DNA of 64,000 nt from Candidatus Zixiibacteriota bacterium (GTDB lineage Bacteria > RBG-13-66-14 > B26-G2 > WVWN01). The position numbers and the translations under genes are program-made. Within the stretch, counting starts at the first letter, position 1, and every line of letters starts with the position of its first letter. Below, piece after piece: positions 17,682 through 26,067 of this stretch. Location: contig JASFLY010000003.1 in NCBI GenBank assembly GCA_050117845.1, forward strand, positions 1 to 64,000, in the 5' to 3' direction. Below the pieces are notes generated by a model. That model was not told the origin of the DNA. It was given only the letters and a program-made list of their open reading frames with translations, and ran no database searches.

Positions 17682-19167
17682 ATACGTGTGGCCGGCCTTG
17701 TGCCTTCTGGCCGCCGGGGGCCTGTGGTCCCTGGCGGGAGGCCGCTACGTCGTAGCCGCCGCGGCCTGGCTCGCGCCGGTATTCATGCTCCGTTGGCTAC
17801 GGGGGCGCCGCGTAATCGTCGGCTTCCCGCTGGCCGTGCTCGCCGCCGGCGTCGCCACCTTCTTCGCCTGGCGCGGCATCGCCGACGCTATCATGTCATT
17901 CGCCGCATACGCCGCGTTCTCGCTCGGCATCGCGGCGGTCTTCCTGATTCCCTACTTCGTCGACCGGGCCCTCGCGACGCGGCGCCGCGACTTCCTCGGG
18001 ACGCTCTTCTTCCCGGGCGCCGTCGTCACGATGGAATACGTCTTCTCACTCGTAAGCCCCCTCGGCACATGGAACGCCGTCGCCTATACGCAGGTTCATA
18101 ATCTGCCGCTTATTCAAATCGCCTCGCTCACGGGCCTCTACGGCGTGAGTTTCCTCGTGGCCTGGTTCGCCGCGGTCGTCAACTGGGCGTGGGAGAATCG
18201 GGAAAGCGGCCCGGGCGTACGCCGGGGGATAATAGTTTACGGGACCGTCCTGGCGGCCGTCCTGCTCTTCGGCGGGATCCGCCTCGCGGCCGACCGGCCC
18301 GGCGAGACCGTCCGCGTCGCCGGCGTTATCTCGAAGACGTTCTTCCTGTCCGAACACCCGGAACTCCTTCCGCCGCTCACGCACGGCGAGCCGCTGGACG
18401 AGGCCGAAACGGCCGCGTTGCACGAGGAGACCGCCGCCATCAACGACGACCTCCTGGCGCGGAGCCGCCGGGAAGCGCGGGCGGGCGCCCGCGTCGTCGT
18501 GTGGGGGGAGTGCAGCGCCCAACTGCCGGTCGAGGACGAACCCGCGTTAATACGCCGGGGGCGCGACCTCGCCCGGGAGGAAGGCATATATCTGGGGATG
18601 GGCCTCGCGACCCTCGAGCCGGGGACGGATAAACCGGTCACCAATAAACTGGTCCTCGTGGATCCCGACGGCGAGGTCGTCTGGGACTACGTGAAGTCCA
18701 TTCCCGTGCCGGGGCCGGAGGCCACGATATCCCGGCGCGGCGATTGCCGCCTGCCGACGCTCGACACCGAGTACGGCCGCCTCGCCGGCGCCATCTGCTA
18801 CGACATGGACTTCCCGGCCACGGTCCGGCAGGCGGGCCGGGCGGGCGCCGATATAATGATAGTCCCCTCGCACGACTGGTACGAGCTGATGGACCTCCAT
18901 GCCGAACTCGCGACCTTCCGGGCCGTCGAGAACGGCTTTTCGCTCCTGCGGCCGGACAACGAGGCGGTATCGGTGGCGGTCGATTACCTGGGCCGGCCTA
19001 TCGCCGCCATGGACTACTTCGCCGCGGCCGACCCGGTAATCGTCGCCGACGTCCCGACCCGCGGGGTTCGGACCGTATACGCCGCCGTGGGGGACATCTT
19101 CGCGTGGTTCGTCATCGCGGCCTTCGTTTGTATAAGCGGGATAACGCTATTCCGGATGCGAAAATAG
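17659..19167 (+). CDS. Apolipoprotein N-acyltransferase-like membrane protein (CN hydrolase)
   Basis: TM N-half with AYTQ...QIASLTGLYGVSFLV; nitrilase triad WGE / YVK / ICYD; RAVENG. Confidence 0.8.
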   Translation: MSRDATRKYVWPALCLLAAGGLWSLAGGRYVVAAAAWLAPVFMLRWLRGRRVIVGFPLAVLAAGVATFFAWRGIADAIMSFAAYAAFSLGIAAVFLIPYFVDRALATRRRDFLGTLFFPGAVVTMEYVFSLVSPLGTWNAVAYTQVHNLPLIQIASLTGLYGVSFLVAWFAAVVNWAWENRESGPGVRRGIIVYGTVLAAVLLFGGIRLAADRPGETVRVAGVISKTFFLSEHPELLPPLTHGEPLDEAETAALHEETAAINDDLLARSRREARAGARVVVWGECSAQLPVEDEPALIRRGRDLAREEGIYLGMGLATLEPGTDKPVTNKLVLVDPDGEVVWDYVKSIPVPGPEATISRRGDCRLPTLDTEYGRLAGAICYDMDFPATVRQAGRAGADIMIVPSHDWYELMDLHAELATFRAVENGFSLLRPDNEAVSVAVDYLGRPIAAMDYFAAADPVIVADVPTRGVRTVYAAVGDIFAWFVIAAFVCISGITLFRMRK

Positions 19168-19182
19168 ACGCGCGACCTATTA

Positions 19183-19211
19183 TTGAGCACCACGTAGTGC
19201 CTAATTATAAT
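19183..19211 (+). promoter_or_regulatory. Sigma70-type promoter overlapped by GTAGTGCCTA repeats
   Basis: TTGAGC-17 bp-TATAAT; the motif occurs at 19194 and 19215. Confidence 0.6.
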
Positions 19212-19257
19212 AATGTAGTGCCTATATTCAAATTAACCCTTACCAGCCCGTACTATT

Positions 19258-20205
19258 ATGAAAATCCTCATCACCGGCGCCGCCGGAAACCTGGGCTCCT
19301 TATTAACCCGGCACCTATTGACCTCGGGACACGAGTTGCGGCTGCTGACCCACCGCCGGCCCGTCCCGCCGGAAATCCGGGACCATTCCAACGTTAAGGT
19401 TTATCGGGCCGACCTGGCCAGGCCCGAAACGCTTCTCGATCCCTGCCGCGGCGTCGACGCCGTCGTCCACTTCGCCGGCGTCCTCTTCGCCCCCCGCCCC
19501 GAGAAGTTCCTCCCCGTTACCAACGTCCGCTGGTTCGAGAACCTCGTCGCCGCCGCTTTGACCGGCGGCGCGGGTAAGGTTATCCTCGTCAGCTTCCCGC
19601 ACGTCGCCGGCCCGTCGAGCCCGCAAAACCCGGCCCCGGAAACGCTGGAAGGCCGGCCGGACTCCGTCCACGCGCGGACGCGCCTCGCCGCGGAAAAACG
19701 CATGTTCGCGGCCTGCGAGGGTACGGCGACCACGCCCATAGCCCTACAGCCCGGCATGATATACGGCCGGGGGGTCCTGATGATCGAGGCCGCCCGATGG
19801 CTCGCCCGGCGCCGTCTCCTGGCCGTCTGGCCCGAGCCGACGCCCATCCACCTCCTCGCCCTCCCCGACTTCAACCGCGCCGTCGTCGCCGCCGTCGAGA
19901 AAGGCAACGCCCGCGGCGTCTACAACCTGGGCGACGACGCCCCCGCGACGCTGCAGGAATTCCTGGATGCGGCCACGGCCCACTGGGGATACCGGAGGCC
20001 GTGGCGCTTCCCGCGCTGGTCCTTCCACGTCGCCGGCGCGGCGGTGGAACTCTTCGCCGGCGTCTTCGGCACCCGGGCCCCGCTCACGCGCGACTTCATC
20101 CGCATCGGCATGGCCGGCTACTGCGCCGACACCTCCCGCATGAAGGCCGAACTCCTCCCCGCGCTCGAGTACCCCGCGTTGCGGGACGGTCTGCCGCTCT
20201 TATAA
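19258..20205 (+). CDS. NAD(P)-binding atypical SDR / epimerase-dehydratase family protein
   Basis: ILITGAAGNLG Rossmann motif, VHFAG, GVYNL. Confidence 0.85.
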   Translation: MKILITGAAGNLGSLLTRHLLTSGHELRLLTHRRPVPPEIRDHSNVKVYRADLARPETLLDPCRGVDAVVHFAGVLFAPRPEKFLPVTNVRWFENLVAAALTGGAGKVILVSFPHVAGPSSPQNPAPETLEGRPDSVHARTRLAAEKRMFAACEGTATTPIALQPGMIYGRGVLMIEAARWLARRRLLAVWPEPTPIHLLALPDFNRAVVAAVEKGNARGVYNLGDDAPATLQEFLDAATAHWGYRRPWRFPRWSFHVAGAAVELFAGVFGTRAPLTRDFIRIGMAGYCADTSRMKAELLPALEYPALRDGLPLL

Positions 20206-20335
20206 TACGCCCTCGCGATTAACGTCTGTGCATCCTCCGGGTCGTTGATAATCGCGGCCGGGGAGGTTATACTTGCCCGTGGAAACGCCCCGCCCGGGGC
20301 CCCATATGGGCGCTTAAGCCGGGAGGTTAGACGTG

Positions 20336-21235
20336 ATGGACTTCTTATCGCAATGGACCCTTACCCCCACCGCCGAGAAACTCATCATCGTAGGCGTAGG
20401 CGTCACGGTCATAGCCGTCCTGGTGCGCCTCCTGAAACGCCCCCTCGCCGGCCACATCGACGATAAGGACGCGCGCTACCGCGTACGCAAACTCGTTACC
20501 TTCGTCGGCTACGGCGCCGTCGCGCTACTGGTGGCGGCGGTGTTCAGCGACCGCCTCGGCGGCCTGGCGGTCGTCCTGGGGGTCGCCGGGGCCGGCGTGG
20601 CCTTCGCCCTCCAGGAAGTCATAGCGAGTATCGCCGGTTGGTTGGCGGTCTCCTTCGGCGGCTTTTACAGCGTGGGCGACCGCGTTCAACTCGGCGGCAT
20701 CCAGGGGGACGTTATCGACGTCGGCATCCTCCGTACGACCGTTATGGAGATGGGCAGCTGGATAAGCGGGGACCAGTACAACGGCCGCGTCGTTCGCATC
20801 GCCAACAGCTTCGTATTCAAGGAGCCGGTTTTCAATTACTCCGGCGACTTCCCGTTCCTGTGGGACGAAATCAAAATCCCCGTGAAATACGGCTCCGATT
20901 ACCGATTGGCCCGTAAGGTGTTGGAAGACGCCGCGGCCGCGGTGGTCGGCGACTTCGTACCCCACGCCCGCGCCGCCTGGGAAGGAGTCGTTCGCAAATA
21001 CCGCGTGGAGGATGCCCGCCTCGAGCCCATGGTCCTGATGATGGCCAACGACAACTGGGTGGAGTTCACGCTCCGTTACGTCGTCGACTTCAAAAAGCGG
21101 CGCACGGCCAAGGATGAACTCTTCACCCGTATACTGGACGAGTTCGAGGGGTCCGAAGGCCGCGTAGCCGTGGCGTCCGCCACCGTCCATATCGTCGACG
21201 TCCCGCCGCTGGACGTAAACGTTTCCGGCCGCTAA
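20336..21235 (+). CDS. Small-conductance mechanosensitive channel MscS family
   Basis: Three TMs, GVAFALQE, YSVGDRV, RIANS...NYS; GGGAGG SD. Confidence 0.9.
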   Translation: MDFLSQWTLTPTAEKLIIVGVGVTVIAVLVRLLKRPLAGHIDDKDARYRVRKLVTFVGYGAVALLVAAVFSDRLGGLAVVLGVAGAGVAFALQEVIASIAGWLAVSFGGFYSVGDRVQLGGIQGDVIDVGILRTTVMEMGSWISGDQYNGRVVRIANSFVFKEPVFNYSGDFPFLWDEIKIPVKYGSDYRLARKVLEDAAAAVVGDFVPHARAAWEGVVRKYRVEDARLEPMVLMMANDNWVEFTLRYVVDFKKRRTAKDELFTRILDEFEGSEGRVAVASATVHIVDVPPLDVNVSGR

Positions 21236-21253
21236 CGCGGCGTTTACCGATAT

Positions 21254-21280
21254 AAAAAAACCCGGCCGCAAGGCCGGGTT
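21254..21280 (-). terminator. Rho-independent terminator downstream of the displaced lepA 3' end (possibly bidirectional)
   Basis: A7-CCCGGCC-gcaa-GGCCGGG-TT. Confidence 0.85.
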
Positions 21281-21303
21281 CGTTATCGCCCAACTGGACC
21301 GAA

Positions 21304-21383
21304 TCAATTGTCCGTCTTCAGCACCGCCAGGAAAGCCTCCTGCGGGACGGCCACGTTGCCCACTTGCTTCATCCGCTTCTTGC
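21304..21383 (-). repeat. Duplicated lepA 3' end (att-like direct repeat, left copy)
   Basis: 21310-21383 matches 22648-22721 at 71/74 nt; encodes KKRMKQVGNVAVPQEAFLAVLKTDN*. Confidence 0.95.
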
Positions 21384-21429
21384 TGATCCTATTAACGGAC
21401 TTCGACGTAATCCTAAGTATAATAAAAGG

Positions 21430-21458
21430 TTGACAAAAATAAATCGTAATACTACAAT
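21430..21458 (+). promoter_or_regulatory. Near-consensus sigma70 promoter of the islet gene
   Basis: TTGACA-17 bp-TACAAT with AT-rich sequence upstream. Confidence 0.85.
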
Positions 21459-21508
21459 GCTCTAGTGAGCAGTATGAAACCTTAGCTTTCCCTCAAGAGG
21501 TATATAAA

Positions 21509-22594
21509 ATGACGGCCTCGGTAATACTGATAATCGCACTATCCGTAATCGTTTTAGCAATACTCGCTTGGATTATCATAGTAACAGTAAAAATGCCGAA
21601 AAGTACCGAAAAGCCGCAACCGACCTACTTAATCAAACCTGGTGATATCTCGTCGAATATAGTTTCCTCGTATTGGCCGCCTTTAAATTACGATACGAAC
21701 TGGGCAAACACGTGTAATCAAATATTGTGGAATAATAAACCGTTAATATGGGTATACTCGGGCACAGAGAGTATGCAGTCGAAAAAGAAACAGCGCTTTC
21801 TACCCCAAAAAAAAGAAGGAATAATCGAAAAAAAGAGGGAAGCGATCCTGAGTACAGGCCCCAAGTCGTTTTATTATTTAGATAGGGACCGGGTCGCGGA
21901 TTTATTTAACCAAATAACTAAAGACCCCGAACCGAAAGAAATCGAAAAAACAGAAGACGCAACGACGACGAAGGACGTTAGCGGGAAGATAGAACCGAAA
22001 ATAGCGAATCTCGAGGTCGGCGGCATTAAAGGCGGTTACGAAGAAGGAACCCGAGTCCAAACAAAAAAGAAATATGAATTAGAACGGAATTTCCCAAAAA
22101 TGTATAACGAGGTCGAGAAGTACTTAATCGTAGAAAGCCCGGTTACTTTTGGAGCCGAAGATTTCGAATATGACGAAACTTCATTCGAAGAGATCCGTTC
22201 TTTATTTAGTAAAATGCGTGACGAATACGAATTCGACATTCCCGATGATATGGAGCGCAAACTAATATTCGATAATTTAGCCACTCTGGGAAAAAGTAAA
22301 ATTGAGGAGTTATCAGCGGTTCAAGATTTTATCGCTGTCCAAGGCGAATTCACGGTTTATAAGGTTAATGAAAACCAACGTGATTTAGAACTATCCCATC
22401 CTATAAATCAGTTTTTACCCGAATCAGAAAAAAAAGTACATTTCCGTATTTCTTGTGCGGAGGAGTATTTAAACCTCGGAGCTAAAAGCGCTTTCGAACA
22501 GGGTAGTTCTACCAAAATCACTTGTTTGGGTAAAATCGTCCGATGGGACGGTGATGACCGAAATCTTATAATTACCCCGATTGCGATATACTAA
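21509..22594 (+). CDS. AT-rich membrane-anchored hypothetical protein (YLD motif, possibly DUF6414-like)
   Basis: 361-aa ORF with GAGG SD, N-terminal TM helix and FYYLDRDRVADLFNQI segment; foreign base composition. Confidence 0.8.
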   Translation: MTASVILIIALSVIVLAILAWIIIVTVKMPKSTEKPQPTYLIKPGDISSNIVSSYWPPLNYDTNWANTCNQILWNNKPLIWVYSGTESMQSKKKQRFLPQKKEGIIEKKREAILSTGPKSFYYLDRDRVADLFNQITKDPEPKEIEKTEDATTTKDVSGKIEPKIANLEVGGIKGGYEEGTRVQTKKKYELERNFPKMYNEVEKYLIVESPVTFGAEDFEYDETSFEEIRSLFSKMRDEYEFDIPDDMERKLIFDNLATLGKSKIEELSAVQDFIAVQGEFTVYKVNENQRDLELSHPINQFLPESEKKVHFRISCAEEYLNLGAKSAFEQGSSTKITCLGKIVRWDGDDRNLIITPIAIY

Positions 22595-22641
22595 AGCGAC
22601 GTTATAAGTAAATCCATATAAATATATACGGTTGATTATCC

Positions 22642-24450
22642 CTACTCGTCCGTCTTCAGCACCGCCAGGAAGGCCTCCTGCGGGACGGCCACGTTGCCCA
22701 CCTGTTTCATCCGCTTCTTGCCGGCCTTCTGCTTCTCCAAAAGTTTCCGCTTCCGCGTAATGTCGCCGCCGTAGCACTTGGCGGTGACGTTTTTGCGCAG
22801 CGGCTTGAGCGTCTCCCGGGCGACGACGCGCGAGCCGATGGCGGCCTGTATGATTACCTCGTAGAGCTGGCGCGGGATCTCCCGCCGCAGCTTCATCACG
22901 AGTTCCCGCCCCCGACGCTCCGCCCGTTCCATGTGCACGATGACGCTCAGCGCGTCCACCGGCTTGCCGTTGAGGAGGACGTCCAGCTTGACCATCTTGG
23001 AAGGCCGGTAGCCGATGTGGTCGTAGTCGAGCGAGGCGTAGCCCTGCGAGAGCGCCTTTAGGCGGTCGAAGAAGTCTATCAGGATTTCGACGAGCGGCAG
23101 GCGGTAGCGGACGGCGACGCGGTCCCCGGCGAAGAACTCCATGCTTACGTGTTCGCCGCGGCGGCTCTTGAGGAGTTCGACGATGCCGCCGATGTACTTC
23201 GCCGGCGTGTATACCGTAGCCTCGACGAACGGCTCGCCCACGGACTCGATTTCGGCCGGATCGGGCAGGTACGCCGGGTTCTCGACCGTGCGGGTCTCGC
23301 CGTCGCGCGTCGTTACCTCGTACGCGACGTGCGGCGTCGTCGTGATGACCTCCAACTCGTACTCGCGCTCCAGCCGCTCCCGCACGATGTCCATGTGGAG
23401 TAGGCCCAAAAAACCGCAACGGAAGCCGAAGCCCAGCGCCGCCGAGTCCTCGGCCTGCCAGCTCAGCGCGGCGTCGTTGAGCGCGAGCTTCTCCAGGCCG
23501 CGCTTGAGGAGGTCGTAGTCGTCGGCCTCCACCGGGAAAAGGCTCGCGAAGACCATGGGCCGGGCCTCCCGGTAGCCGGGCAGCGGCTTCTGTACGCCGC
23601 CCGCGGCGTACGTTATAGTGTCGCCCACGCGGGCCTCGGCGATGTCCTTTACCGTCGCGGCGACGTAGCCCACGTCCCCCGCGGCCAGTTCGTCCACGGC
23701 GGTCATCGCCGGCCGGAAGACGCCGACCTCGGTTACGTCGTACTCGCGGCCCGAGGCCATGAGCCGTATCCTCGTCCCGCGCCGGAGAGTCCCGTCCACG
23801 ACGCGGATGTATGCCAGGACGCCGCGGTGCAGGTCGTAGCGCGCGTCGAATATTAACGCCCGCAAGGGGGCCCCGGCGTCTCCCTCGGGCGGCGGGACCT
23901 TCGTGATAACCTCTTCCAGGAGTTCCCGGACGTTCGTCCCGTCCTTGGCCGACACCAACACCGCCTCCGCGGCGTCGACGCCGACGACCTCCTGCACTTC
24001 CTGCCGCGTAACGTCCACCTCGGCCGAAGCGAGGTCAATCTTGTTTATCGCGGGTAGAAGCACCAGGTCGTTCTCGACGGCGAGGAGGGCGTTCGCCACC
24101 GTCTGGGCTTCCACGCCCTGGGTGGCGTCGACGAGGAGAACGGCGCCCTCGCAGGCCGCGAGCGAACGCGATACCTCGTACGTGAAATCGACGTGGCCCG
24201 GGGTATCGATTATATTAAACTTGTACGTCCGGCCGTCCCCGGCCTTATAGGAGATGGTGACGGGGTGCATCTTTATGGTGATGCCCCGCTCCCGCTCGAG
24301 CGCCATGGCGTCGAGGAATTGTTCGCGCATCTGCCGCGGGTCGATGGACGCCGTAACCTCGAGGATACGGTCCATCAGCGTCGTCTTGCCGTGGTCGATG
24401 TGCGCAATAATCGATATATTGCGGGTCAGCGTTTTTTTATCGTCGGCCAT
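22642..24450 (-). CDS. lepA: Elongation factor 4 (LepA)
   Basis: IAHIDHGKTT, ERERGITIK, DTPGH, NKID, GFRCGFLGLLH, KCYGGDITRK. Confidence 0.98.
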   Translation of the reverse strand: MADDKKTLTRNISIIAHIDHGKTTLMDRILEVTASIDPRQMREQFLDAMALERERGITIKMHPVTISYKAGDGRTYKFNIIDTPGHVDFTYEVSRSLAACEGAVLLVDATQGVEAQTVANALLAVENDLVLLPAINKIDLASAEVDVTRQEVQEVVGVDAAEAVLVSAKDGTNVRELLEEVITKVPPPEGDAGAPLRALIFDARYDLHRGVLAYIRVVDGTLRRGTRIRLMASGREYDVTEVGVFRPAMTAVDELAAGDVGYVAATVKDIAEARVGDTITYAAGGVQKPLPGYREARPMVFASLFPVEADDYDLLKRGLEKLALNDAALSWQAEDSAALGFGFRCGFLGLLHMDIVRERLEREYELEVITTTPHVAYEVTTRDGETRTVENPAYLPDPAEIESVGEPFVEATVYTPAKYIGGIVELLKSRRGEHVSMEFFAGDRVAVRYRLPLVEILIDFFDRLKALSQGYASLDYDHIGYRPSKMVKLDVLLNGKPVDALSVIVHMERAERRGRELVMKLRREIPRQLYEVIIQAAIGSRVVARETLKPLRKNVTAKCYGGDITRKRKLLEKQKAGKKRMKQVGNVAVPQEAFLAVLKTDE

Positions 24451-24465
24451 AATCGGGTCGGGCGC

Positions 24466-24494
24466 ATTATAAAGGAAAAGCCTTTAATTATCAA
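24466..24494 (-). promoter_or_regulatory. Sigma70 promoter of lepA
   Basis: TTGATA-17 bp-TATAAT, 15 nt upstream of the ATG. Confidence 0.8.
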
Positions 24495-24663
24495 CGCTAA
24501 ACGCCGCCCGACCGTCCGGACGGCGCGATATTATAGCGATTTATCCGACTAATTGGGCACTACGGCGTTTGCTTCGAGGCTAATTATTATCCGACATATC
24601 GGGCGGTATTCATCTATTTCGAGGGATGCTTATTAGGCACTACGATAAAATAAAGGATGACGA

Positions 24664-26049
24664 CTACTGGCCGCCGCCGCCGAATACCTGGCCTACGGTC
24701 ATGAGGAGAATTCTGAGGTCGAACAACAACGACCAGTTTTCGATATAGTAAAGGTCGTATTCGACGCGCCGGGCGATGGACGTAGTCCCCCGGAAGCCGT
24801 TGACCTGCGCCCAGCCGGTGAGGCCCGACTTCACCTTGTGCCGCTCGATGTAACGCGGGACCGTGGACGCGAACTTCTCGACGAAGAAAGGCCGCTCGGG
24901 CCGGGGGCCGACGACGGACATGTCCCCCTTGAGGACGTTGATGAACTGGGGGATCTCGTCGAGCGACGTACGGCGGAGAAAGCGCCCCAGGGGCGTCACG
25001 CGGTCGTCGTTCTCGGTGGCGAAAACCGGCCCCGTATCCGCTTCGGCGTTGTGGCGCATCGACCGCAGCTTCATAAGTTCGAACGTTCGGCCGTCCTGCC
25101 CCACCCGCTCCTGGCGGTAGAACGCCGGCCCGGGCGACGTGAGTTTCACCAGAATCGCCGCCAGGCCCCACACCGGCGCCGACACGATTAAAAATGACGC
25201 CGAGAACACCACGTCCATTAAGCGTTTGAGGAATCGGTTGAAGCCGGTGAGCCGAAATTGTTTCAACGCGAAGACCGGTACGCCCAGCGCTTCGTCCGGG
25301 TGAACCTTCGTCGCCATGAGCTCCAGCGTCGACGGGAGGATGCGAACGTCGATACCCTTAAGGTCGCACTCCAACACAAGGTCGAGCAGTACCGGGTCCG
25401 GCACGTCGCTGCCGAAAAAGACAACTTCTATTTTCTCCCGGGAGACGACGTCGAAAAACTCCTCGAGTTCCCCCAGCACGTTGCATCCCTTGACCGCGCC
25501 GCCGTTCCCGTTCTTCCCTGAGTTGCCGGAGGGTATCACGCCGACGAAATAGTAGTCGCTCGCGGGGCCACCCAGTAAGCGGCGGCTGAGTTCGTTGGCG
25601 GCGACGGACGTTCCCACCACGAGCGTCCGCTTGGCCCCCACGCCCCGTTTCAGCAGGTAATCGCGGAAGCGGACCACGGCCGCCCGGGCCAGGCCGATGC
25701 CGACGAAGGCGAAGGCCGCCGCTACCAACAGGACCAAACGCGAATAGGAAAAGCCGCGGTAGATGAAGCCTAGCGCGCCTAAAAAGACCGACCCCAGAAG
25801 AACGCCGCCGAAGAGCGCGAAGATGGTGTCCCAGCCGAAGCTCCGGCCTCGCCGGCCGTAAAGGCCCAGCGCCTTGAAGACGACGAGCCACAGGACGATA
25901 ACCACCGGCAAGGGATAGAGGTACGGCTCGAGCGTGGGCGCCCCGATGCCCGGCGGCAACGGCAACACGGTGAAGCGGAAAAAATACGCCCCCACCAGCG
26001 CCGTGGCGATAACGGCGACGTCCGTGATTACGAGTATCAGCGTAAACAA
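24664..26049 (-). CDS. Undecaprenyl-phosphate sugar-phosphate transferase (WcaJ/WbaP-like)
   Basis: Four N-terminal TMs, CoA-binding-like middle region, KRLMD, KLRSM, DDRVT, SLDEIPQ, VGPRPE, GLTGWAQ. Confidence 0.92.
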   Translation of the reverse strand: MFTLILVITDVAVIATALVGAYFFRFTVLPLPPGIGAPTLEPYLYPLPVVIVLWLVVFKALGLYGRRGRSFGWDTIFALFGGVLLGSVFLGALGFIYRGFSYSRLVLLVAAAFAFVGIGLARAAVVRFRDYLLKRGVGAKRTLVVGTSVAANELSRRLLGGPASDYYFVGVIPSGNSGKNGNGGAVKGCNVLGELEEFFDVVSREKIEVVFFGSDVPDPVLLDLVLECDLKGIDVRILPSTLELMATKVHPDEALGVPVFALKQFRLTGFNRFLKRLMDVVFSASFLIVSAPVWGLAAILVKLTSPGPAFYRQERVGQDGRTFELMKLRSMRHNAEADTGPVFATENDDRVTPLGRFLRRTSLDEIPQFINVLKGDMSVVGPRPERPFFVEKFASTVPRYIERHKVKSGLTGWAQVNGFRGTTSIARRVEYDLYYIENWSLLFDLRILLMTVGQVFGGGGQ

Positions 26050-26067
26050 CTAGGTAGTACCCCGGTC

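Larger units (their letters stand above)
21310..22721. mobile_element. Integrase-less genomic islet inserted in the lepA 3' end
   Basis: AT-rich single-gene segment bounded by 74-bp direct repeats of the lepA terminus. Confidence 0.8.

Noticed and set aside
13441..21300. Co-oriented accessory genes as an integron cassette array
   Set aside because: No convincing RYYYAAC...GTTRRRY attC hairpins and no intI; several genes have their own promoters or overlap each other.
21807..21834. A8 and A7 tracts in the islet gene as phase-variation or frameshift sites
   Set aside because: The ORF is intact and such runs are expected in AT-rich, Lys-rich coding DNA.
21384..22641. Integrase or prophage genes in the lepA islet
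   Set aside because: Only one substantial ORF, with no recombinase motifs.
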